From: Camelus ferus
Taxonomy: Eukaryota
Direction of reading: 5' to 3'
Assembly: GCF_009834535.1 (NCBI RefSeq)
Contig: NC_045697.1
Span: 5,086,001 to 5,150,000 of the forward strand
DNA length: 64,000 nucleotides
Made by a program: the position numbers and the translations under genes. Below the pieces are notes generated by a model that saw only the letters and a program-made list of their open reading frames with translations, did no database searches and had not been told where the DNA came from. Shown here piece after piece: positions 24,221 through 37,654 of this stretch (its first letter is position 1; each line of letters starts with the position of its first letter).

Positions 24221-25749
24221 GGTGGAATAGAGGTAGATACCAAAATCTTTGCCACTGCTCCCATCAAAACGTGTAATCTACTTATTACTTCCTTTGAGTC
24301 TGTACTGGCCAGTGGCTTGTGTTAACCAGCAATGCAGCAGAAGTGTCTCTCTGTGACTCCCAGGGCTGGGTCCTGAATAACAGTAGCAAAGATTTAAGCC
24401 GTTTATAGAGCCCTGAAAGGCTGATAACGAGGCACCAGACCTACGGATACATCACATGGGAAACAATAACAACGCCAATAGTAACAGCGATCACAACAGC
24501 TTCCACTTAAGAGGAGTCCTTAGAAGGCCTGAGACCTTCTTAGAGACATAAATCTCACTGTGTCTTATGGTCCTGTGAGGCTGGTAGTACTATCTCTGTT
24601 TCTCAGATGAGAAGACTGTAGTTCAGCAGACTAATTTGCTCAATAAGCCAATAGTCAGCATTCAAACCTAACCTAACTGATGCTGACACTCTTGTTCCTT
24701 GCTGAAGTTGAACTCCTCGAATCATCTTTCCTCTAGATTTGGGGACTATGACAAATGCCCTTCCCCAAGTACAGATACTATCATTAAGGGACAAGTCCAA
24801 TCAGAGCTGAGATCTTATTTTCCCCCAATTATTAGAACAATCAGTCAGATGGCTCTCAGATGCCACACTCTATCACTATGATATCTGTCCTGCCCTCAGA
24901 AACTCCCCTTAAGTACCAGGACTAAGTCCTGTAATTGAAGCCATATGTTATCTAGTGCCCTGAGCTTCTTTGCACGTTTCCTCCTTCCAAGTTCCATCAC
25001 TCTTCAAAACACACTCAGGAGGTAGAAACGGACTAGCGCTCCTCCATCATCGCTCCAATGGCAGCAAAATCCGTGATCAATGCCACTTTCCCACCAGCTT
25101 CCCACACCCTTCACCTTCGCAGCTCCCACCCGTTTCTCCTAGAATGCAGAATGACCTACTGGCAAGGGAGAATTGAAAATATTTCAGTTCTGTAGATCAG
25201 AGGTTTTTTTATGAACCTTAAATTAGATCAATCAATCATAATCTTGCCTTTAAGTCAAAGAATGCAAAAGTGTGCCTCCTCCAAACCAATTTAATCTATA
25301 ATTTAAATTACTGTCTGCTTAAGGGGGCCAGTGCCACGGCATTATTCACAGGGCCATGCAGTCAGCCTCAAGGAAGCCAAGCGTTGGCAGTTTTATGCTA
25401 CTGTATAAGCTGGGTTTGCTGTGCCTAAGCTATTTATTTCCAGTGTCACTGGGGTACACACACATACACAGAGATGTCCTAAAAAGCTGTAGTGTTCAAC
25501 ACATGTGTACACACACACATACGCACACATGTACATGCCCATCCACCACCTGGAGCACTCACTATGCACAAAGCAAAGAGCATGTAAGCATCCCCCAGCG
25601 TCTACAATGTCAGGCACTGGAAACAGAGCCAAGTAAGGCTCAATTTTATAAATTAGTAAATCAATTTTACAAAAAATTGAGTAGTTATTTGTAATTAATT
25701 TTATTAAAAAACTAGTAAATTGTATTAACAAAACAAACTTCACACCCAC

Positions 25750-26240
25750 TGCACCTGGTTTAAAACCCCATGGGGTTTTAATGGTTTCTTATTGACCTTG
25801 GGATGAAAACAAAATGTTTTAAGCTAGTTCAGAAAGCATCTCCAACTCCTCCAGCCCGTCCACCACACTGGCTGACTCTCTGAATCTCGTATGGACTGTG
25901 CTGTTCATCTTTGCCCTACCTGTGCCCTCTCATGGACTGACTCTTCCTCACTGCTCCATCTTCCTTCTTCTGCAATCTATATTTCAGCTCACAGCTCAAA
26001 AATGACCTCTGCAAGGAGTCCTCCCCGACTCTGACCCATTAACTGGATGAGGTCCCCCCTTTATATTCTCCGAGTTCCCAAACTTTCCCTGTCATAACTC
26101 ATGTTTTCAGCAACTTCCGCTGGACCAGAAGTTCCCTGAGGGTAAAGGCTGTGCCTATTTTATTCACTTATTCACTCATTATTTTATTCATTTATCCTTG
26201 GCAGATAACAGAATGCCTAGCACTTAGATCAAGGGATGCT
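25750..26240 (+). mobile_element. L2 fragment
   Basis: cagctcaaaaatgacctctgcaaggagtcctcccc...ggaccagaagttccctgagggtaaaggctgtgcc...aacagaatgcctagcac. Confidence 0.6.
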
Positions 26241-26252
26241 ATTGGTCTTTCG

Positions 26253-26437
26253 CAGAAGTTCTCCAAGTGTGGTCCCAGACCAGCAGCATGAGATCTCCTG
26301 GAGATGTGATAGAAATGCAAATTCTCTGGCCCCAGCTCAGACCTACAGAATCAGAAACTCCAAGGTAGGGCTGGAAGCCTGAGCTTTAGCAGGCTCTCCA
26401 GGTGATTCTCATGTGCACTGGAGTTTGAGAACCGCTG
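26253..26437 (+). mobile_element. hAT-Charlie MITE (MER5A)
   Basis: TIRs cagaagttctccaagt / agtttgagaaccgctg; internal tagaaatgcaaattctc...gacctacagaatcagaaactc; 8-bp TSD gtctttcg / gtctttaa. Confidence 0.9.
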
Positions 26438-27989
26438 GTCTTTAACACTAAGGCGCTCACACTCTAATAAGCAAGACAAAATTAACACTGCGCCACCACA
26501 AAGTGCAAGACTAGAACCAATGGGTGGATATTCTTTGCAGGCTGGTTTCGAATAAGGGACTGAAGGGATTTCTCGTCACTGGGAGAGTTCTGTAACAGAA
26601 AGCACTTGAGAAAGTGAGCCAGGCATAGCAGGAACCTAACCATGCAGGCCCATTTTCAGGCTTAGAGTTACCACTCAAAAAGTGTTGACTTTCATGCTGG
26701 CAGAGAGATTCCTGAGTCAGGTAAGACTAGCTGTTACGTTCCCATTCATCTCTAAGGCTCTCGCAGACACCACAATTGTGCAATTGAAGTTGTGTAATGA
26801 AGCTTGGAGTGGCTTAGGTTAAAACAGCATCTAATGTTGAATAAATATAGCAAAACCCATAAACAGTCCTCTACCCCACTCCAGGAGAAGCCAAGCAATG
26901 AGGATTTTATAAATGGCTCTAAATTTAAAAAAAAAAAATTAAATCCAAACGGGAAGCTGTCTGACAGAACAAAGGCAGCCCATTTCCAGGAGACCTGAAC
27001 GGGAGAAGCTGCCTCTTTTGGAAATCAAAAGGAACGTGTTCCCTGTGAAAGTTGCTCTGCATTTACACACGGTCTCTTAATTGAAGCTGACTGAATAGAT
27101 AATCATTTGGAGAGGAAATGGTGTCGGAAGTCCTGCAGTCAAATTAGAGAAAGATGTAAATCTGATTGAAGTGACTAACATCTTTAAACACCTCCCAACA
27201 ACAATCAACACACCAACTCCCTATTTAGAAATTGCATCACACCATTTCCCATACAGACTGCAGGATGGCTCCCATTTGAGTTAGAACTTAGTTATTAACA
27301 GCCTATGTTCTCCACAGTTCTTCACTCTGGAAGGCTCTTGATTGACACCACAGAAGGGAAAGGATTCCATGTATATTTGTGTCATTGTTCCCGAAATAAA
27401 TAGTTCAATGATGATCCCATGTAATAAATGTCTTGCTTCTGTCTAAAGGACCTGAAAAATGATGGTTAGACTTTTCATGCATCCATCATTCCCAGATGTC
27501 TTTGTGTCACAGTTTTGAATGGATGATCTAACTCTTTCCATATATTGTTACAGTTCATTCATCAACAAAAAAAGAACTATCAAGAGGGTAGTTTAGAGAC
27601 ACAATATCTTTCTTGATTTCTCCCAAGATGAAATGTTTTTTCCCTCTTAAAATTTTAACACTTTGTTCATACCTCTCTCATAATAAAAACAAATTTGGAG
27701 CATTTACCAATATGCATCAAAATATAAGAAAAAAATGAAAATTTCTTCCTTATAAGGAAGCAATGAAAATTTAAATCTTTAAGGGTTACAGATATTAAGG
27801 AAAAACAAAAATGGTGTTAAGGAAAAATGAGATTTCTTATCTGTATACACACACAGTCTCTCCTGAACATATAAAGATAGGCTTAGGCAAAAGACTAAAG
27901 GAAAATGTCAAATTGAGACAGATAGTCTTTAATTGATAGTATCATAAGAGATTTAAAATTTCTTCTTAATTTTCTCGTATTATTATCAG

Positions 27990-28840
27990 GTTGTCACAAT
28001 ATATACAGTGTGACTGTGGTGCAGGGTTGGACAAACAGACCATTGGAACAGAAAGACAAGGCAGAAACAAACCCGCAGGTATAAGAAAATGATATATGAC
28101 TCTGCGGGTCATCAGAGAAAGGGGGGTAACTCTATCCCTGCAGGGCTACAGTAGTGATGCTACAATAGTGGGTTCTCAATAAGGAGCAAAATAAAACTGG
28201 ACCCAGATATCACTGCATACAAAAGTCAACACCTCACACCATACATAGAAACCTCCGGGATTTAAGAATGAAATGTGAAAAGCCAAACTTAAACCACTAG
28301 AAGAAAATATGGGGAAATCTCATTAGGACCTGGAGATAGGAAAAGAGTTTTCAAAGCAGACATAAAATACATTAACTTTACAAAGGAAAGACTGGAGATT
28401 GGTCATTTAATTTAATAGCCTATATATGCCTATTCCTTAAGATAAGTTTAGATAAAAGAAGAATCTAGAGCAAGAAAATCACACATTGTAATAGATATGT
28501 AATTGTAGCATGCTGCTCACTCTTTCATTAATGAAACCATGCTACCCAGTGGCGTATTACTTGGAGCTTCAGCTGGGTGGAGACCACAGGGCTGGAAACT
28601 GACCAAGTGTGTGACAGCATGTATGTCTTCTAATATCTCTAAAAGCTCATAGTAGGAATAAACTTGAGCTTCTCAAAAAAAAAAAAAAAAAAAAAAGACT
28701 AAGACCATTTTACCAGAAGTCATCATAACATGTAAATATAAGCTACAAATTGTAAGATATTCAACATATATATATACCACCCCCCCAAAATCAATAAGGA
28801 AATAGACAATCTTATTAAAAATGAGCACATGGCATGCTTA
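27990..28840 (+). mobile_element. Old L1 ORF2 fragment, interrupted at ~28400-28696
   Basis: gacaaacagaccattggaacagaa; acctcacaccatacatagaaa; ccactagaagaaaatatggggaaatctcattaggacctggagatagg; aaaatcaataaggaaatagacaatc. Confidence 0.7.
28400..28696 (+). other. Unidentified polyadenylated insertion (candidate retrocopy 3' end, transduction or unrecognised LINE tail)
   Basis: AATAAA at 28657-28662, 12-nt spacer, pure A22 at 28675-28696; flanked by old L1 sequence. Left edge uncertain. Confidence 0.5.
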
Positions 28841-30430
28841 TAGATGGGAGAGTGGCAGCCTGAAACAAGAGACAGAGAAGGCTTCCCTGAGAAGACCACA
28901 CTTGTGATTTTAATGAGACAGGCTTCTATAAAGGGGGAGAAAGTTCACTTAAAGGGGGCAGTACTGAAGCCCACTCGTTAAGGAGACCAGGGCTCTGTTC
29001 CTCCACCACCTCTTTATCAGTAATAAACATGATACCTGCATCTTCGCCAGACACACTTCTGGGATCATTTCTCAGTTGGTTCCAAGCTAGGGCGTGTAAA
29101 AGAGAGGGAATGCCATTATTTCTTAGACTCAACTCCCAACAGTAAAGAACTTGGATTTTATTCTGGATGGTTTTGAACAAGTATGACATGACCTGACTTC
29201 AGTTGTTTTTTAAGTTCCTCCCGGTGGCTCTACGGAGAACAGACTGTAGCAGCAGAGATGAAAGCTGAAAGATCATTAGTTGACTTTCACCAAACCCAGG
29301 ACAGACATGAAGGTGGCCTGGGGACAGGAGTGGAGGACTAATAAGCTGTCAGAGCCAACGGGGGCTGCTGCCGTACGGAATGGGGGAGGCGGAGGACGAG
29401 AGGGGACCAAGCACGGGCCCTAGAAGTAATCAGAGTGAAAAGAAATAGTGGATATGAAGGGTCTTGAAGACAGCGGTGCTAATTCACAATGGCTTTTCAA
29501 ATATATATGTATATATGTTTATTACATATTACCAATAATATAAAGGGGACATTCGTATATATACATGTATATGCATTTTAAACAAGTGAGTGACATTCAG
29601 AGCAGGAGGATGGAGGGAATAAATTTTGCAGAAACGAGATAAGAAAGTGCAAAGAGGACAAACACTGGCTCTAAAGAGCACAAGACGGCCTTCTGCCTGC
29701 AGCGGTCAATTTGTCTCTGCCTGGGTCACCTAAGCTGCCTTCCTCTCACTCGCGAAGACCTCCTGTAGGTCTGCTCATCACTCATGCACATTTCACCCTT
29801 ACAGCCAGCAGCCCCACCCTAGTGCAAATACGACATTTATGTCCAAATGCAATGTGCATAGAATGTCATCCTACCCTCGGCCCACCACAGCAACTCCCAG
29901 TTATATCATGTTTTAAGGGACAGTGACAAATGCAGGGGAGATCGCCTTGTGGCCTTTGCTAAGATAACAAAATTGGAACGTTGGGACTGAATCGCAGCAC
30001 GTTGAGGGCATTCTGACTCCAAGGAAGCCAGCTAACTTCGATTAAGCAACCACTGGGTGGCTGCTTCAGAGGGGCCCTGGGGGGCTGAGGGTCACCCACA
30101 TCTTCTATACCCTTCAGGGTCCACACAGTCACTGTCCAGCAGAAAATCATAAGTGTGTCCTGAGAGCTCTTTATTAAGCTGATAGCTAGGCCACAGGCTG
30201 TGGGGAAGGGACAGCTGTTTGTGAGGTGTCACATCTGAGCGTTACTTGGCCATATAACCCGGGCTGCCCACGACTGGACCCTGCCACTGGAAGCTGCATT
30301 ATTTCAGACAAGTTCTTCTGAATCTTGTGCTTCAGTTTTTCCATTTGTTAACTGTGAACACTAACCCCCTCCACTTCCCTTCTAACTGTGAGGATTAAAA
30401 ATGATGACCTGTATAATTTACTATGTCTTA

Positions 30431-30820
30431 AGAGAAAGACAATTATGGCATGATATCACTTATATGCAGAATCTAAAAAATGAACTTATTTACAAAATAA
30501 AAACAGACTCAGACATAGAAAACAAATTGTGGTTACCAAAAGTGGAAGGAGGGGGAGGGATAAATTAGGAGTCTGGGATTAACAGATACAAACTACTACC
30601 TACAAAACAGATAAACAACAAGGACCTACTGTGTAGTACTGTATAGTATATTCAATAGTTTGTAATAACCTATAATGAAAAAGTATACACATATGTACAC
30701 ACATATGTATAACTGAATCATTTTGCTGTGCACCTGAAACTAACACAACATTGTAAGTCAATTACACTTCAATAACTTTTTTTTTAATTTTAAAAATAAA
30801 ATTAAAAACACAAAATAAAA
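30431..30820 (+). mobile_element. 5'-truncated L1 3' end
   Basis: L1 3'UTR with A-rich tail; perfect TSD tactatgtctta at 30419-30430 and 30821-30832. Confidence 0.92.
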
Positions 30821-30825
30821 TACTA

Positions 30826-31153
30826 TGTCTTAGTCAGCTCCGGCTGCTATAACAAAACACCACAGATTGGGGGCTTAAACTACAAACTTTTATTTCTCTC
30901 AGTTCTAGAGACTGAAAGTCTGAGCTCAAGCTCCCAACAGACTCAGCGTCTGGTAAGCGTCTGCTTCCTGGTTCACAGATCGTCTCCCTGCTGTGTCCTC
31001 ACATGGCAAGGGGCGAGGGAGCTCTCTGGGGTCTCTTGTATAAAGCACAGATCTCATTTATCACCTCCTAAAGACCTCACCTCCAAACACCATCACATTG
31101 GGGGTAAGGTTTCAATATGTGAATTTGGGGGGATACAAACATTCAGTCTACAA
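30826..31153 (-). mobile_element. MaLR solo LTR (MLT1A-like)
   Basis: tgtcttagtcagctccggctgctataacaaaacaccacaga...ctgtgtcctcacatggcaag...gaatttggggggatacaaacattcagtc. Confidence 0.88.
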
Positions 31154-31280
31154 CCTGCCAGAACACCGCCTGATGTGCAATTATGGTAACGGAGACTAGA
31201 GGTAAATACGGTCTTTCAACAGAATCAATGTATTACTGTATGTGGCACACAGCAGGTAAACAATCATTTGTTGTGAGGAT

Positions 31281-31429
31281 TTTTTTTATAACAGGAGAGC
31301 TCTAAGAATTTGGGGGGGGGCGGTAATTAAGCTTATTTATTTATTTATTTTAATGGAGGTAGTGGGGATTGAGCCCAGGACCTCGTGCGTGCTAGGCACA
31401 TGCTCTACCACTGAGCTATAATCTCCCCC
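31281..31429 (-). mobile_element. tRNA-derived camelid-type SINE (Vic-1-like)
   Basis: ggattgagcccaggacctcgtgcgtgctaggcacatgctctaccactgagctata; TSD gttgtgaggat / gttgcaaggat. Confidence 0.9.
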
Positions 31430-32459
31430 GTTGCAAGGATGTTGAATGGATTATCATTATGCCCTCAGCTTCAGTTTCCTCCTTGGTAAAAGGGGAGAGT
31501 AATGTTAACTCCCCAGGTTGTCACAAGAATGAAATAATATGGCAGATTTCAAATAAATGGTTGATATAATGAACTTCAAAAGCTCCCTTCACTGAACTAA
31601 AAACAAAATCGGGGAGACTGGCCACTTGTTTGTTCTGATTCACAGTTTAAGATGCAAGTTTGTTTACTTTTCAAATGAACAGATTTGCCTTTTACACTGT
31701 GAAACAAGACTGTTGGTTTGTTTTTGTTTATTTCTCTCTGGGAGGGACCGATGTCTAATTCATGGGGTCAATATGCAGAGTGAGTGAGTTCACATAAAGG
31801 AAGCCTGGCCTGTAGGAGGTGCTCCATATCTGTCAGTATCCCCTTCTCTAAACAAAAAAAAACAAACGTCCCCCAGGCAATCACAGCTGTCAATCTCCAT
31901 CTCCCTCCCTCTCCTGCCTGAATCCCATCAGCCAACGGACACATGGCCCCCAGCTCCTCCCTGGGCCCTCCTGGTGACCTCCTGTGGTCTGAGCTGTCAC
32001 TGGAGGGGAGGTAGTTCTTCCTGTCACCCCACTGTTGATGAGGCCCATTTATCTGCTGCTGAATGCCCGCCAGTGGCTCCTGCAAGGCTGCGCATGTGAT
32101 AGTGAACTCCACACGGGGTCTCTGCCTTCACGGAGTCTGAAGTCTAACAAGGGAAAGACTGACAAGCCAGTAAACCACGAGTCGAGTGCATATAACACAC
32201 ACCTCCATGGATGCAGAAGAGCAACAGTGCAGGCTTAGTCTGAGGCGAGGGCAAGAAAAGTCTCCACGGAAAAGGTAGGATTTGTCATTTTGATGACTGG
32301 CTGAGGTTTGAACGTGCAGAGATGGGTGGAGCAGAAGGAACAGCACAGACAAGGACAAGAAGGCTGGAGACCATGGGCCCAGGTATCATGCAGGCACGAG
32401 GTGGGGCAAGGTGAGAGGCAAGGTGTGGGTGATGGGTCAGGGCATCCTAGGGAAAGCCT

Positions 32460-32522
32460 TGATGAAGATGAAGAGGAGGGGAGGAGGAGAAGGGGGAGGA
32501 GGAAGGAGAAGAGGAGGAGAAA
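32460..32522. repeat. GA-rich low-complexity (GGA/GAA) tract
   Basis: gatgaagatgaagaggaggggaggaggagaagggggaggaggaaggagaagaggaggagaaa. Confidence 0.85.
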
Positions 32523-32669
32523 AGCAGCTATTTTGCACTTGTCCTGTAACCATAACGACAAAGTACTTCTTACTGCCATGTTTGTACCCCCACTTCATTC
32601 TAGCCCCTGGAACTGCCGACATTTCAGATTCTGTTTAGACCTCCCAAGAACCCTATGAGGTAGGGAATC

Positions 32670-33215
32670 CAACCCCTGTGGCTTAGCGAGGTGGTTAAGA
32701 GCACAGGCTTTGAAAGCAGAGAGACCCGGGCTTAAACCTGGCTCCACCACCCACTGGCTGTGTGACATTGGGCAGTTTGCTTAATTTCTCTGAATCTCAG
32801 TCTGTAACCTATCCCCTGGTCTTGCTGGGACCTGACAGACATATGGAAAGTGCTTAGCCATGTACCTAACACTTTGTAAGTACTGGCTAAACATACCCTG
32901 ATTGAAGAAACAGAGGTCCAGGGAGCCTAAAAGATTTGCCTGAGGCTACACAGTTAATATGTGATCAAGTGGACATTTGATCTGCAGGCTGCCTGACTCC
33001 TAAGTCAGTGATCAGCTCATAGTGAACTTATTGCACTGTGACAATGACAATGATAATAAACAACTAATATTCACTGAGTGCTGGCTCACTGCCCTGAGCA
33101 CCTCATGTATTAATTTACCTAACCTCTGCAACAACCCAAGGAAGCAGTACAATTATTACATCCATTTAATAGATGAGTAAACTGAGGCCCAGGATGGTCA
33201 GATGACTTGAAAAGC
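32670..33215. mobile_element. Cluster of MIR fragments in both orientations
   Basis: gtggttaagagcacaggctttg...ggctgtgtgacattgggcag (+); gaagaaacagaggtccagg; ccatttaatagatgagtaaactgaggcccag (-). Confidence 0.75.
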
Positions 33216-35059
33216 CCAGAGGCACCCATCTTCCTAAAAAGAAGGAAATGGCTCATTGCAGAGTGATCCAAGGGCCGCCCCAGATTCATCTGTACTGAGC
33301 TACAGTGCAGAATTGGCCCCTTGTGTTGGTGCCACATGTCTGGAGCTATGGAGGAGGGGATGCCTCAGCCTTCAAACTATTGGTCCTGACCAGACTCCAT
33401 TCCTTTCCTCAGATGCACTTGGAGAACATGCATTTGCATACGTAGGCTGGAGAGTCAGTCTGCGACATTACGCCTTTGTAACAAGGTGCTCTTTTCAAGG
33501 AGATGGCTGCGAGATTACATATGTGCTGAGCTGTGGGTGTGTGTCTGACATTTTCACTTTCCAATGGAAGTGCTTCGATGATGCATAATTTAAGTCTTCT
33601 AGGAATTGTGCTGTTACATCCAAACCAGGCAGTCAGCCTCTAAAAATTCACATAATTGACCAAAATTCCTTGTGTCGGCAACTTGAAACATATTGTCCTT
33701 GGAGAAGTAATGGCATTGATGAAATGGTCTGGATTTTGGAGGCAGACAGCTGGGGGCAAGGGAGCACATCTTGATTCTATTTTCTTTTCAGCTTTGCAAC
33801 TTTGGACGAGTCTTTAAAGTTTCTAACTATTTTCTCCTCTGTAGAAGAGGGTATTGTAAATGCTTCCTAGGGGTTTAGGATAATCAGGTAAGATAATGTA
33901 GATGAGGAATACAGCATCGAGACGAGCATATGGTAAGTGTTCAGGATAAACTGAGGCTACCATGATTATTATGTCATCATCATTAGTTCAGTTCAGGTTA
34001 CCGGCTAGGTACCAAGTGCATGGTCAACTACGTGTCCGGCAGTCTGTTCTCTAAAAAGTCAAAAATACGAGAGACAAAGAGTTAGAAAAGGCTGGTCCCT
34101 GCCTCCCTGGAACACAGGAATGGGTGGGGTAAAGCAATTCCATGAGCCGATTCTCTTGCGCACTGTTACTCCCCTCACTGTCTTTAGAATTTTGACTGTT
34201 GATTGCCCCAGTCAAGCAAGGTAAACTTCACTTCCAGATACACAGTCTCCCAATCTCTCTCTCCTCCCTCCATCCATCTTACCGTCAATGTCTTAAGTCC
34301 AGATTTGCATCCTCTCTGTCCTCAAACTCTGCGTCTACAGAAACACTGGAGGGTGGAAGCTGAGAGAAAGATGGAGCTCGCTGAATAAGGAGGAGGGGCC
34401 GTGAGGAGGATGGGCGCCCAGCTGGGCAGAACTTTGAAAATCAAACAAAGACATTTGGGCTTTTTCCGAAAGGCAATCAGGAGTCATGAATGAAGCTCAC
34501 AGAGGGAAGGAAGTGGTTTCTGAAGATGGAGTTTAATGAAGGTTGCTTGTGAGGCATTATGATAAGTTATCAGACATTGGACGCAGCAATCGTATTTACC
34601 AGATGGGACTGATCTGGGTGAATCAAGCTGGGATCAGTCTCTCTCATCTCTTCCCTACCCACCACCAGGTGATCAGTGAGTTCTCCTGCCCCACGTCAGT
34701 GACCAGTGGCTGGAAGTCACAGACAGGAATCCAAAGCCAGAGCTAGAGCAGGGAGGCTGGGAGCCCTTGGAGCATCGTGGACAGAGCTCCTATTCTGAAG
34801 CCAGAATCATGCCTGCAAATCCTACCAGCTGAGTGACTTTAATGAAGTCAGTTAGTCTTGCTGGGACTCAGTTTTCTAACCTGTAAGTAGGAAAATTTCT
34901 CATGACTGGTGTGAAGATCAACTGTCATAAAAACTACACAGTGTTGTGTATACAGTTAAGAACTCAATAAATCATATACGAGACCCAGTTCTCCAGAGAA
35001 CACATAGTGGTTTGTTCTTACTTCTCTCTGTATCACCAGTGTTTGATTATCATTCATTC

Positions 35060-35205
35060 TACTCAGCAATATCCGGTTCTCCTTCCTACAGGCTGGATGT
35101 ACTGCATACAGCATGAACAACAGACAGAGTTTTGCTGTTTTAAGCCCTTGAGAATTGGGGGGCTGTTTGTTACTGCAGCATAACTTAGCCCATCCTGACC
35201 AATAC
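35060..35205 (+). mobile_element. Internally deleted old MaLR LTR (MLT1-type)
   Basis: tgttttaagcccttgagaattggggggctgtttgttactgcagcataacttagcccatcctgaccaataca. Confidence 0.7.
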
Positions 35206-35532
35206 AGCAGTGCTTGTAACATAACAGCAACTCAAATAATGTTCTCTTTTTTAATAAATGTACATTAAAAGAATTGGGAATTAGAAAGTAGGAGGTGGGC
35301 AGGAGAAAAAGGAAAAGGATGAAAGGAAGTATCCAGATAAAGGACAACAAACGTATGTCAAATTCCACATGGCTGTTAGTCACATGGCTAGAAAAATACA
35401 AGCCTATTTCCCCTCCAGGGTCTACTCCCACTAGCTTGGGCTGGGATAAGTGGCAAGATCGATCTGGGGCAAATCAAAAGAGGTTTTAATCCTCTAGGAA
35501 GTTGGAGAAGATGGAGACACAGTGGGGGATGA

Positions 35533-35737
35533 CAGGGGTCAGGACAGGTGCTGTGGGGTAAATATTTTAGGCACTAAGGGCCATACAACCCTGCTACAAT
35601 TACTCTGCCTTGTCATGTGACTACAGCCAGACCTGATCCCCAAAGAAATGAGCATGGCTGTGTTCCAATAAAACTTTATTTACAAAAACAGGAGGCATGC
35701 CAGATTTGGTCCATGAGCCATAATGTGCCAACCCCAC
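35533..35737 (+). mobile_element. hAT-Charlie MITE (MER58A-like)
   Basis: gtaaatattttaggc...aatgagcatggctgtgttccaataaaactttatttacaaaaacagg...ccagatttggtccatgagccataatgtgccaacccc. Confidence 0.85.
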
Positions 35738-36357
35738 CAAGACTGAAAACCAGAAACATCTAAAGCAGTTCAGAATTAAGTGGGTCAAGAAGGGATTGAG
35801 TCTACAATGGCACCTTGACCCACGTAGTAGCCAGCATGAAAAGAATAAAATAAAGGGAATTACAGAGAAAAGAGCAGAAGAATTCGTGGAAGCAGAGAGA
35901 AGGGAGCCCAGCCCCCAGCCCCACGCTCTCCCTGACCCGTGGCTCAGGCTCCTACCCGTACGTGTGTCTGTCCTCGTGGGCGCAGGATAGTTCTGGCGGA
36001 TGCTGTCTCGTTTCCGCAGAAACAGATCTGGGCTTATGCAAACACTCCACAAATGGGCCTTCCACATCCCCCTCCACAGCTGCTCCCCTCCACTCTCATG
36101 TGCATGACTCATCCTCAGTCATCTCAATTACCAAGCCCTCCACTTGCCGGCCCCTCCATCTGCCGGTGCTCTTCCTCGCCAGGCCACCAGCCGCCACCAC
36201 TGAGAGGCAGTGACTCAGTTATCAGCTCCAGGACTAGAGAATTGTGTGATCTCTCCCAGCCATAACCGCCGTCGGACTACTGACAGTGTTACTGTTTCTA
36301 AGAAGTACGGCAGCTCTGTGGAGGAGCAGCCAGGAAGCGGGGATACTGAAAATGTTG

Positions 36358-36448
36358 ATTTTATTTTTTTTATGGAGGTGCTGGGGATTGAACCCAGGAC
36401 CTCATGCATGCTAAGCATGGGCTCCACCCCTGAGCTATACCCTCCCCC
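36358..36448 (-). mobile_element. tRNA-derived camelid-type SINE (Vic-1-like)
   Basis: atggaggtgctggggattgaacccaggacctcatgcatgctaagcatgggctccacccctgagctataccctcccc. Confidence 0.9.
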
Positions 36449-37654
36449 TTGAAAGTGAGTATTTAAAACGATCTTCCTGCAGATCCACTTAGACGGAAGC
36501 CGCTGCCCGCCCCACTGTGAGGGCCATCCTCTGCTGAGGGAAGTCAGGAGTCAGAAGGAAGGTTCTGGTGAATTACTACGAGAGAGAAAGTCACCGCTTT
36601 CACTGGTGTGGAAGGGAGTTTGCTTGATTTTTTGCTTTTCTGCTAGGCATGCTGCCATGGGAAGATATCTGACCAGAAACCCTGTCTCTATCCCTGTCAC
36701 AACTTGAGAAGAAAAAAACACAGGGGACACCCTAGACTAAGTCAGTTGGTTTAACACCATAAAGCTTGCTGACCCAGCCCCCCGCTGGGAAGTCTCGGTC
36801 CGTCCGGGACCGGACTGGCTGGGCCTCTGGTGCCAAGGGCATCCTTCTGACTTAGGCAGAGCCGGAATTACAGCTAGCGCAAGCTGCCCTTTCCATCCCT
36901 TTGCCACAGGGCTTCACCCCAAACTTGTGTCCCAGTATCTTCTGATGGCGGGAGGAGTGGGGTAAGAGTAAGGAGGGACCCTCTCTATGGCAAGATGGAT
37001 TCTCCCCAAGGCCCAGGGTAGAGGATGAGTGCTCTGCACAATCCCAGGCTGCCCTAGTCTGAGCCACCCTAGACATACGTGGTCCACCGCCATCACTGCC
37101 ACCAGCTCCCCCACTGTCATTTCCCCGCTTCAAGCCTGAACCCCTGAAATTACAACTTAAATCAGATGAAAAACTGCCCCGGCCATCAGCAGAGACCACA
37201 GAGGCGGGGAGCAGCCAGCCAGAGTGGCCCTCAGGGCTCTGGCCACCCAAAACATAGTCTAGTCGAATCCAATTAGGCCTACGGGCAACATCCCTCCTTC
37301 TCCATGTCTCCGTGTGCCCTGGACCCTGCCTTGTATTTGGAGAGAATGAGGGAGTGGAAGCAAGGGAGGAGGAACCTCAAGGGCCCCCAGCCCACCCAAA
37401 GCCACCAGTGGTCCACCAAGGAAGAGGAAGAACTGTATTTTGCATAAGAACCCAAAGATGTGGGTTCTTACCATGTCTCTGCAAGCCACCTCCCCTCTCT
37501 TGGCCTCAGTTTTCCCATCTGCAGCCCATCATAGTCCCACCAGAGCACAGTCAATAAAATGGCCACCGAAATGAATTGTGGTAATCTCACTAGTTAACCT
37601 CCAGGACTCTGTCCAGCTCTAGAGTCCTACACTTCTACCCTTTCAGACATGCAC

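Noticed and set aside
32308..32658. ORF with acidic/basic run (DEDEEEGRRRRGRRKEKRRRK)
   Set aside because: Translation of a GA-rich low-complexity tract next to L2-like sequence.
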